A program made the translations under genes and the position numbers. A stretch of 64,000 nucleotides of DNA from Bacteroidaceae bacterium (lineage in GTDB: Bacteria > Spirochaetota > Spirochaetia > Treponematales > Treponemataceae). The stretch spans positions 4,535-68,534 of the forward strand of contig CAVBEH010000007.1 in assembly GCA_963594605.1 (NCBI GenBank), read 5' to 3'. The notes under the pieces were generated by a model. That model did not search any database and was not told the origin of the DNA. It worked only from the letters and a program-made list of their open reading frames with translations. Of this stretch, positions 18,410 to 26,447 are shown piece after piece (within the stretch, counting starts at the first letter, position 1; the number at the start of each line of letters is the position of its first letter).

Positions 18410-18784
18410 TTACGGCCTGCGGCCGTCGTAGAATTTTTCCTTGAGCCTGCTGAAAGTCTCCGCGCTTATTACATGCTCGATTCTGCAGGCGTCAGATTCA
18501 GCGGTCTGCGGAGACACGCCTATCGACTCAAGGATGAATGACAGGACGGTATGCCGCTCATATATGCGTTCGGCTATCTCCCTGCCCTTCCGCTCCAGGG
18601 TGATGTTTCCGTCCTCCGCAATGGCGATGTAATGCTCCTCCTCCAGGGCATGGACGGTGACGCTCACCGAAGGCTTTGAAAATCCCATCTTCCTGGCTAT
18701 ATCCACAGCTCTCACATATCCGTTCTGCTGCTGAAGAACAAGTATTGTCTCAAGATACATTTCGGCTGATTCTCTGATCTGCAT
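18410..18784 (-). CDS. DtxR/MntR-family metal-dependent transcriptional regulator (short form, no SH3-like domain)
   Basis: AEMYLETILVLQQQNGYVRAVDIARKMGFSKPSVSVTVHALEEE is the wHTH. ERHTVLSFILESIGVSPQTAESDACRIEHVIS is the dimerisation and metal-site region. Confidence 0.85.
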   Translation of the reverse strand: MQIRESAEMYLETILVLQQQNGYVRAVDIARKMGFSKPSVSVTVHALEEEHYIAIAEDGNITLERKGREIAERIYERHTVLSFILESIGVSPQTAESDACRIEHVISAETFSRLKEKFYDGRRP

Positions 18785-18840
18785 TTTATCCTCACGAAAT
18801 TCTTTCTATACTATTGCAAAATTTTACTAATTACAACAAA

Positions 18841-20667
18841 TCACCGCGTGACCAGCGAGATATTTCCGCATGAAAGCCCCCACTTTCCGCCCGCAAAATC
18901 ATCGAACATGACCGCCACATCCTCAAATGCGAGTCCGCCCGTACGCCTTATGTACGCGGACAGCTCAGGCTCAGCGCGCATCACCGATCCGCGGCCCGCA
19001 AGATGAACAAAATATGCCGCCGCCTCGGATGACGGCTGCTGCATTATATAGGCCATGAATTCGTTGTGCATGAGATACGTGTCATTTATGTCATATCCGA
19101 GCGACGGCTGCGATACAAAATAGCGTATAAGGAACGAGAGCGACGTCTGATCCATCGTATAATATGCGGCCGCCGTGAAGTTGCGGAATTCCGCGTCCGT
19201 AAAGAAAAGCGTGTGGAATCCCTCGTGCACAAGAAGCCTGCTCCTGAGCCACGGCTCCGACGAGCGCGATATGGACACAATTCCGCCGTACCCCTCCCGG
19301 AAACCGTCCCCGTCGGCGACTATCATTCCGTTGTCCAGAAGAATTTTCCGGAGCGTCTCCTCCTCCGGATTCAGCGTGAATGTCTGCCTTTCCGCCGCGG
19401 AAAAGAAAAGGGCGAGCGAGGCGGCGCTGTAGTCGTGGGCATTATATCCGTGCCGCCCGGCAAGCTCGCTGTTCGTAAGGAGCCGTCCGCGGAATCCGTC
19501 CTTTTCTATAAAATACGCAAGCCTTATGAAAAACCTGTCCTGAACCTGATAGTTTCTGGTGTCGAAGAATATTATTCCGGGAAAACGGTCCCATTCAAAA
19601 ATCTCATAGTCGGCCGTACGCCAGTTCTCCTGTCTCCATTTCAGGATGAGTCCAGGGTCCGCCTTTACGGGAACCACGGCACCACCGGACGCAGGAACCG
19701 CAAGCCGGGAATCACCTCCGGACATCAGGATCGCGGACACGGAGGAAGATGAGGACGGCTCTGCGGAAATTCTTGAGAACGGAGATGACAGGGCGGATGA
19801 CGGAACCGTGACGAAATCCACGCCCGCAGTGTTCCTGACCGAGAGTGTCTCGCCTCCGGCAGAAATTTTTGTGAGCACGGTCTTCTCCGCGGAGGAGTTT
19901 TCCCTCGAAGCGGAGAATTTTATCTGTATGTCCGGCATGACGGCCGAGACTGTATTCTGCACCGGAAAAACCGACGGAGCGCCGGAAAAATCGGCGGAGG
20001 AGGCGGAGAAGTCAACCGTGCCGCCGGACGCAGGACATCCGAAAAAAGGAATGTCACCGCTCCTGTCAAAACCCAGAACCGCAGGCGCGGCGCACAGCGA
20101 GCTGACAGAAAGAGCGGAGGATGAGCGCACATAGAAGCCACGCGGAACATTCTCCGCGGAGAATTCCTCCGTTCTTCCGAGCGCGAAAGACACGTCGAAC
20201 ACCGATGCGTCCGAGACTGTCGTTCCGGATACGGCTGTTCTGTCTCCGCCTGAGAAACGGAATTTTCCCCTGCCGGAAAAATCACGTCCGTCAAGAAAAC
20301 CGAATTCAAACGATGTGTCGGCGGACGGAATCTCCATACGCAGAACAAGTGCGGCCGAGGAATTCCGTTCCGCGAGCTCCGCGAAGAGACTTCTCTGCCC
20401 GTCGGTGAACCGGTAGAAAATCTCACCGCCTTTTTTCAGACGGGCATCCGCGGCGGACGAATTCAGCGCGACAGGCGATGAGGTCCCCCCCGCACCGGCT
20501 CCGGCGAATTCCATCTCAATACGGACACGTCCTCTCGTCATCATGACGGCGAACGAGACTACAATCTCGACCGCAAGAAGACACAGCAGCGCGATTATAA
20601 CCGTCTTCTGAACTTTTGAAAGGACGCTGAATTTTCCGTTGATGAATGAGGCCAGTCTGTTTTTCAT
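18841..20667 (-). CDS. Membrane-anchored hypothetical protein with a C-terminal HExxH-containing domain
   Basis: One N-terminal TM helix (TVIIALLCLLAVEIVVSFAVMM), a Ser/Ala-rich middle, and a C-terminal domain with LLVHEGFHTLF and a downstream NEFMAY. Confidence 0.6.
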   Translation of the reverse strand: MKNRLASFINGKFSVLSKVQKTVIIALLCLLAVEIVVSFAVMMTRGRVRIEMEFAGAGAGGTSSPVALNSSAADARLKKGGEIFYRFTDGQRSLFAELAERNSSAALVLRMEIPSADTSFEFGFLDGRDFSGRGKFRFSGGDRTAVSGTTVSDASVFDVSFALGRTEEFSAENVPRGFYVRSSSALSVSSLCAAPAVLGFDRSGDIPFFGCPASGGTVDFSASSADFSGAPSVFPVQNTVSAVMPDIQIKFSASRENSSAEKTVLTKISAGGETLSVRNTAGVDFVTVPSSALSSPFSRISAEPSSSSSVSAILMSGGDSRLAVPASGGAVVPVKADPGLILKWRQENWRTADYEIFEWDRFPGIIFFDTRNYQVQDRFFIRLAYFIEKDGFRGRLLTNSELAGRHGYNAHDYSAASLALFFSAAERQTFTLNPEEETLRKILLDNGMIVADGDGFREGYGGIVSISRSSEPWLRSRLLVHEGFHTLFFTDAEFRNFTAAAYYTMDQTSLSFLIRYFVSQPSLGYDINDTYLMHNEFMAYIMQQPSSEAAAYFVHLAGRGSVMRAEPELSAYIRRTGGLAFEDVAVMFDDFAGGKWGLSCGNISLVTR

Positions 20668-20714
20668 ATCCGGACATTCTATACTATTTTGCGCCGAAAG
20701 ACTATACTCTGCGC

Positions 20715-21191
20715 ATGGTGATGATTCTACATCCGTCCGACGAGCTTAAATTCATAAGGCTTCAGAAAAAAATCACGGCCTCATTCAATACCGACGGCTT
20801 CCGCGTATATCCGGAAATTCCGCTGTGGACCGCCGTTCCGGACGAAGCCGCGGACAAGCTGGCGGCCGGAAAAGCACGGCTCGAAATCGGAGCGCCGGAG
20901 ACCGACCGCAGCAAGGCCACAATCCGGTGTCCGGCGGAGATAAGGACAGAAAACGGAACGTACGGTGCGGAGCTTGTGCTGTGCAGGATGGAGTCCGTTC
21001 CTGACGATGCGGAGGAAAGGCTCATGCGCGCGCTCGGAGAAAATGCGGAGAAAAAAGAACCGCCGGAAACACCATGTTTTCCGGCGGTGATAAGAATATT
21101 CAGGCTTGCGGAGGAAATTCTGTTTCCGACCGAAAACGCACGCGCGCTGTCCGCCGCCGTCTGGAGAAAAAGCGGCAAGGCGCATTCATGA
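20715..21191 (+). CDS. Hypothetical protein (158 aa)
   Basis: ORF with ATG 20715 sitting 6 nt after TATACT. No recognised motif. The longer ORF-track start at 20646 overlaps the divergent gene. Confidence 0.45.
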   Translation: MVMILHPSDELKFIRLQKKITASFNTDGFRVYPEIPLWTAVPDEAADKLAAGKARLEIGAPETDRSKATIRCPAEIRTENGTYGAELVLCRMESVPDDAEERLMRALGENAEKKEPPETPCFPAVIRIFRLAEEILFPTENARALSAAVWRKSGKAHS

Positions 21192-21207
21192 CAGAAAGAC
21201 ACACGGC

Positions 21208-21696
21208 TCACATCACGGTGGAGCCGCGGTCCATCGCCGTAAGTCCGGTCTTTACGTACTCAAGGATTCCGTAAGGCTCAAGCAGACGTATCAGGCTCTC
21301 AATCTTGTCCTCGCTGCCGGTCGCCTCGACGATGACAGAATCTATTCCGACATCGACTATGTGCGCGCGGAAAATATCGCAGGTCTCGATTATCGTCCCG
21401 CGGTTCACGCCTTCCGCCCTCACCTTTATAAGCGCCGTCTCGCGCCGGCATGTAGTCTCAGGCTCGCATTTCTTTATCGCAATCACCTCGACCAGTTTTG
21501 AGAGCTGCTTCTGAATCTGGTCGAGTATGTACTCGTCGCCCCGGACAACAATCGTCATGCGCGAACGCCCAGGATCATGTGTCTCGCACACGGTGAGCGA
21601 GTCGATGTTGTATCCGCGGCGGCTGAACAGTCCAGAAACGCGGCTCAGGACTCCCGCATGGTTTTCGACAAGGACTGAAAGTATGAATCTGTCCAT
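21208..21696 (-). CDS. ilvN: Acetolactate synthase small (regulatory, ACT-domain) subunit homologue
   Basis: FILSVLVENHAGVLSRVSGLFSRRGYNIDSLTV ... MTIVV ... QLSKLVEVI is a near-canonical IlvN/IlvH N-terminus plus an ALS_ss_C-like C-terminus. No large subunit is adjacent. Confidence 0.88.
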   Translation of the reverse strand: MDRFILSVLVENHAGVLSRVSGLFSRRGYNIDSLTVCETHDPGRSRMTIVVRGDEYILDQIQKQLSKLVEVIAIKKCEPETTCRRETALIKVRAEGVNRGTIIETCDIFRAHIVDVGIDSVIVEATGSEDKIESLIRLLEPYGILEYVKTGLTAMDRGSTVM

Positions 21697-21715
21697 TCTG
21701 CAAATCTCCCTAAAA

Positions 21716-23677
21716 CTAGCTTTTTATGGTGTGCTCCGCCTCTGCATATACACCGAGCAGACGCACATCCTCTGCATAGGATTTCAGCCCGTCAAGAACT
21801 CCGCGCACATATTCCTCCGATTTCTGCTCAGCCCCGGAAAGTCCGGCGTCGGCATAGAACCAGTATCTCCACGGTTTCCCCTCAATCGGCCTTGACTCAA
21901 GCCTGGTCAGGTTCATCCCGTTCTTCTGGAACACGCCGAGACAGTTGTACAGCGCACCAGGCTCGTTCCTGACGGAGAAAACGAATGACGCCATGTTCAC
22001 GCCGTTCGCGCTTGAGAAGAGGGACTCCGCCCCCCGCATCGACTGCTCCGAAGCTATCACCAGAAAACGTGTGCAGTTCTGAGGATTGTCCTCCACATCG
22101 TCCCGCAGCACCTCAAGGTTGTAGTATCCGGCATTTACGCTTGATGCGATTGCGGCATTGGCGGCGGAACCGGCGGACGCAACCGTCTCGGCTGCGGAGG
22201 CTGTTGACACAGCCTCTATCTTTGACCAGCCGGCGTGCTCCGAAAGAAAACGCGAGCACTGGGCAAACCCCTGCGGATGTGAATACACGCATTTTATGTC
22301 GGAAATTTTCGCGCCCCGCACACCGAGAAGGGAATGCTGGATTCTCAGCCTAACCGCCGCAGCTATCTTTATGTCGGCAAAACCAGTAAGATTGTCGTAA
22401 TTCTCGTAGACTGAGCCGGCAAGGGTGTTCTCAATGGGAACCATTCCGAAATCGGCACGGCCGTCAGCCACAGCCTGAAAGATTCCGCGGAACGAGTCAA
22501 CGGAAAGAGACTCGGCATCCGTGTCGAAACACCTCGTCACGGCCTGCTCCGCATACGCGCCGCGCTTTCCGCTGTATGCGCATACAATCTTCCTGCCCGA
22601 GGATTTGTCTCCTGAATTCAGAACCGGAATGTCATTGTTCCTGACGTGGACGACCGATTTGTCAAGAACCGGCGCAAGCGCGCATATATCCATCATAAGC
22701 TTGTCGAACTGTTCCGGCAGCAGCGCCTGCGGACCGTCAGAAAGCGCCTTTTCAGGGCAGTTGTGCACCTCCACTATGATTCCGTCGGCACCGGCCGCGA
22801 CAGCCGCAAGCGCCATCGGAGGAATCTTGTCCCTTATTCCGAGAGCATGGCTCGGATCAACGATTACAGGAAGATGGGTCATTCCCCTGAGTACAGGTAC
22901 GGCGGAAAGATCAAGCGTGTTTCTGGTGGCCTTCTCGTAGGTTCTGATTCCGCGCTCGCAGAGTATGACCTTGTCGGTTCCCGACGAAAGCAGATACTCC
23001 GCGGACATAAGCCACTCCTCAATAGTCGCACTGAGTCCGCGCTTCAGGATGACAGGCTTGTTCAGTTTTCCCAGTCTCTTCAGAAGCTCAAAATTCTGCA
23101 TGTTGCGCGCACCGACCTGATAGACATCAACGCCATGCTTCTCCATTACGGGAAGATGCTCAGCGGCCACAACCTCGGTCACGACAGGAAGCCCGAATTT
23201 ATCTCCGGCCTCCTTCAGAAGGACAAGCCCCTCCTCTCCCAGTCCCTGGAACGAATACGGTGATGTCCTTGGCTTATACGCACCGCCGCGCAGCATACAT
23301 GCGCCGGCCGCAGCGACGCTTTCCGCTATGCTCATCATCTGCTCACGGTTCTCCACCGCACACGGACCGGCGATGGACACAATCCTTTTTCCGCCGACAC
23401 GCAGAATCTGGCCGCGGCTGTTCGGAATTCCGACAACCGTATCCTCCGGACGGAATTCACGGCTGGCCATCTTGTAGGGCTTGCTTATGGGAATAACCTC
23501 CGCGACTCCGGGAAGCGCCCGCACGTCAAGCGGATCCATCCGGAGCCGGCCCACGGCCGCGATTATGGTCTTTTCCTCGCCGTTTATCACATTCGTCCTG
23601 AAATCCCGCTGTCCGAGATAATCCGCAAGCTGTTTCTTCTCTTCATCCGTCGCATCGCTTCTGAGCACGACTATCAT
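21716..23677 (-). CDS. Fusion protein: ferredoxin-like regulatory domain + type I-beta DAHP synthase + prephenate dehydratase + ACT
   Basis: N-terminus [15 protein letters not shown]...[10 protein letters not shown] resembles the Thermotoga-type FL domain. The DAHPS barrel shows [34 protein letters not shown]. The C-terminus shows [35 protein letters not shown] (PDT + ACT). Confidence 0.85.
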   Translation of the reverse strand: MIVVLRSDATDEEKKQLADYLGQRDFRTNVINGEEKTIIAAVGRLRMDPLDVRALPGVAEVIPISKPYKMASREFRPEDTVVGIPNSRGQILRVGGKRIVSIAGPCAVENREQMMSIAESVAAAGACMLRGGAYKPRTSPYSFQGLGEEGLVLLKEAGDKFGLPVVTEVVAAEHLPVMEKHGVDVYQVGARNMQNFELLKRLGKLNKPVILKRGLSATIEEWLMSAEYLLSSGTDKVILCERGIRTYEKATRNTLDLSAVPVLRGMTHLPVIVDPSHALGIRDKIPPMALAAVAAGADGIIVEVHNCPEKALSDGPQALLPEQFDKLMMDICALAPVLDKSVVHVRNNDIPVLNSGDKSSGRKIVCAYSGKRGAYAEQAVTRCFDTDAESLSVDSFRGIFQAVADGRADFGMVPIENTLAGSVYENYDNLTGFADIKIAAAVRLRIQHSLLGVRGAKISDIKCVYSHPQGFAQCSRFLSEHAGWSKIEAVSTASAAETVASAGSAANAAIASSVNAGYYNLEVLRDDVEDNPQNCTRFLVIASEQSMRGAESLFSSANGVNMASFVFSVRNEPGALYNCLGVFQKNGMNLTRLESRPIEGKPWRYWFYADAGLSGAEQKSEEYVRGVLDGLKSYAEDVRLLGVYAEAEHTIKS

Positions 23678-23681
23678 AAAA

Positions 23682-26174
23682 CTAACGCTCCATGTTGAAA
23701 CTTACAGTTCTCAAAACATCCCCGAAAACTCCCGCCGCCGTAACTCCAGCTCCGGCGCCGTAACCGCGGACGGTAAGCGGAATCGGCGTGTAGCGCTCCG
23801 TATGGAACACGAACGCATTCTCTCCGCCCTTCACGGCATAGAGGGGATCCGATTTCGTGACCTCAAGCATTCCCACGCTGACCTTTCCGTCCTTTATCGA
23901 CGCGCCCATCCTGAGAACCTTGCCCTCGGCCTTGAGCTTCTCGATTTTTTCCGCGAAATACGCGTCAACCTGAGGAAGCCTGGCAAGGAATTCGTCAGCT
24001 GTTCCGGAACTGTCAAATCCGTCCGGGAAAACCCTGTACATCGTTATGTCCTCAAGCTCCAGCTGATAACCGGCCTCCCTCGCGATGATAAGCGCCTTTC
24101 TCGCCACATCCATTCCGTTCAGATCATCCCTCGGATCCGGCTCCGTATATCTGAGCTCCTTCGCCTCAAGGACGGCCCTGCTGAAAGGAACTCCCTCGTC
24201 AAGCCTTCCGAAAATATAGGAAAGGGAGCCCGACATTATTCCGCTGAATCCGGTCAGCCTGTCGCCGGACTTGAACAGATTCTGAAGCGTGTCGATGATC
24301 GGAAGTCCGGCGCCGACATTCGTCTCGTAGAGGAAACGCCTGTGCATACGGTTGGCCGTGCGTCTCAGCTCGTGGTAGAATTCCATGCTCATCGAATTGG
24401 CGCGCTTGTTCGGAGTCGCGATTGACATTCCGGCGTTCAGGATGTCTATATAGCGCTCCGGAAGGTCATAGGATGCCGTACAGTCCACAAAAACAGGATT
24501 CAGCGGTTTTGTCTCCCTGACAAAGCTGAGGATGTCGTCAACGCTCGTGCGCATCCTCGCATTCTTCACGGCGTTCCTCCAGTCGGACAGATCCAGACCG
24601 TTCGCATCCATTATCATTCCGTCTATGGTCGAAATCGCCATGACCTTTATGTCTATGTTCTCCCTGAGAAGCTTGTCATGCTGATCCCTTATCTGGTCGA
24701 GCATCGTTCCGCCGATTGTTCCGGCTCCGAACGCGAACACCTCGACGGTCTGCGCCGTGTTGAAGAAGAACCTGTGGACCGCCCTGACAGCCGTGTCTCC
24801 GTATTCCCCGCTTATGACGCTTGATATGCAGCGTTCGGAGGAGCCCTGCGCTATCGCAAGAATGTTTATGTCCTGCGACGCCAGCGCGTCAAAGAATTTC
24901 CCCGCAATTCCGCGGTTCCTTATCATGCCGTCACCCACGACCGATACCGCTGCGCAGTTATTGCAAACCTCAACAGGATTTATAAGGTTCTCCCTTATCT
25001 CAAGCTCGAATTCCGCGGAAAGCGCATCCCTCACCCTGTCCGCCTCGACATCGCGCACACAGAACGACACCGTGAATTCGGATGATGACTGCGTTATCAG
25101 GAGAACTGAGATTCCGGCCGCGGTGACGGCTGAGAAAATCCGGCTGGCCATTCCCGTGCGGCCGCGCATTCCGGTGCCGCTGACACTCACAAGCGCCACA
25201 TCCTTCAGACATGAGATTCCGCAGATCGAGCTTTTCCGCCCGCCCGCGAACGGACCCTTTCCTATCCGGGAGCCTCTGGCCGACGGATTGTGGGAATTAA
25301 GGCTCCATGCCTCGATTCCCTTCGCCTGAAGAGGAGCGAGCGTCTTGGGATGCAGGACCTTGGAGCCGAAAAACGAAAGCTCCATCGCCTCCTCGTAGCT
25401 CATGTCGTCCACAAGAATGGCATCCTTGACCACACGCGGATCGGCGGTGAAAACCCCGTCTACATCCGTCCAGAATTCAACGCGCCTGACTCCGAGCGAT
25501 GCGCCTATTATTGCGGCGGAAAAATCGGAGCCGTTGCGTCCGAGAAGTCCCATAACGGGGCGGCATCCGGTTCCGCCGCTCCAGGAGCAGATGAATCCGG
25601 GAAAAACAAGAATACGCGTCTGGTTGCGGTTCTCTCCGTCACGGAACGGAAGACAGGCCTCGGCGCATTTAGCGTAGTCGGGATCCCCCTCAAGGTGGTT
25701 CCCTGTGGTAAAGATGAATTTCCTTGAGTCCAGCATGATCACGCTCTGGTTCTTAGCCCGGAGCACGGCCTCCATGATCGGAGCCGACATCAGCTCTCCC
25801 ATTCCCATTATGCGGCAGTAGACGGTATCCGGGCACTCGCCGAACGACACGCAGCCGGCGAGCAGCTTCTCAAGCTCCTGAAAATTCGGAAGAATCTGCT
25901 CCATAACCTTTTCCGCGTTGAATCCGGGGAGCTTCGACTGGATCTCAAGGCAGATCTCATTGTGCACAGAACGCAATCCGCTGACAATCCTGTCCGGATC
26001 AGAACCGGCGACGCACGCGTCCACCGCATCCTGAAGGCTGTTGGAGACTCCGGCGACAGCTGAAACCACAACACTAAGCCTGTCCTGCTCCGCGCGTCCG
26101 ACTATTATATCCGCGGAGGAAAGAATACGGCGGGCATTCTGCATGGATGTTCCGCCAAATTTCAATGTAAGCAT
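23682..26174 (-). CDS. thrA: Bifunctional aspartokinase / homoserine dehydrogenase
   Basis: MLTLKFGGTSM is the kinase N-terminus. ACT region follows. The C-terminal HSD shows VFAFGAGTIGG ... GAGAGVTAAGVFGDVL. Start 26174 is preferred over 26273 on family N-terminus and AAGGA SD. Confidence 0.92.
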   Translation of the reverse strand: MLTLKFGGTSMQNARRILSSADIIVGRAEQDRLSVVVSAVAGVSNSLQDAVDACVAGSDPDRIVSGLRSVHNEICLEIQSKLPGFNAEKVMEQILPNFQELEKLLAGCVSFGECPDTVYCRIMGMGELMSAPIMEAVLRAKNQSVIMLDSRKFIFTTGNHLEGDPDYAKCAEACLPFRDGENRNQTRILVFPGFICSWSGGTGCRPVMGLLGRNGSDFSAAIIGASLGVRRVEFWTDVDGVFTADPRVVKDAILVDDMSYEEAMELSFFGSKVLHPKTLAPLQAKGIEAWSLNSHNPSARGSRIGKGPFAGGRKSSICGISCLKDVALVSVSGTGMRGRTGMASRIFSAVTAAGISVLLITQSSSEFTVSFCVRDVEADRVRDALSAEFELEIRENLINPVEVCNNCAAVSVVGDGMIRNRGIAGKFFDALASQDINILAIAQGSSERCISSVISGEYGDTAVRAVHRFFFNTAQTVEVFAFGAGTIGGTMLDQIRDQHDKLLRENIDIKVMAISTIDGMIMDANGLDLSDWRNAVKNARMRTSVDDILSFVRETKPLNPVFVDCTASYDLPERYIDILNAGMSIATPNKRANSMSMEFYHELRRTANRMHRRFLYETNVGAGLPIIDTLQNLFKSGDRLTGFSGIMSGSLSYIFGRLDEGVPFSRAVLEAKELRYTEPDPRDDLNGMDVARKALIIAREAGYQLELEDITMYRVFPDGFDSSGTADEFLARLPQVDAYFAEKIEKLKAEGKVLRMGASIKDGKVSVGMLEVTKSDPLYAVKGGENAFVFHTERYTPIPLTVRGYGAGAGVTAAGVFGDVLRTVSFNMER

Positions 26175-26447
26175 TTTACCGTCCTTGGGCCTTCTACGGC
26201 CGGAAATTCCAACAATACCATCGGGTCTGTTGATTCCGGACATTTTATAGAAAATCATGCCTGAATTCAACACGGACAGCGCCGGTACCCGGAAGCGGAC
26301 CGGCCGGATGTTGTCTTGAACAAAAAAAATATTTTCTTTATTATCGTTCTGTATTTTTAAAAGTGCGGATGCGGAAACTGTTTATCTAATCTTTATATAA
26401 TGGAGTTCTGGCAGCCTAATCCGAGGAGCTGTCAGCGTAAAAACAGA

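Noticed and set aside
26175-26273. N-terminal extensions in the ORF track for thrA (26273), hslV (53076), malQ (55716), PAP2 (17296), the 2Fe-2S subunit (3470), the DEAD helicase (29398), purL (46692) and the EIIA-like gene (40368)
   Set aside because: In each case an internal start matches the family N-terminus and has an SD or a -10 box at the right distance. The extension overlaps a neighbouring gene or a promoter.
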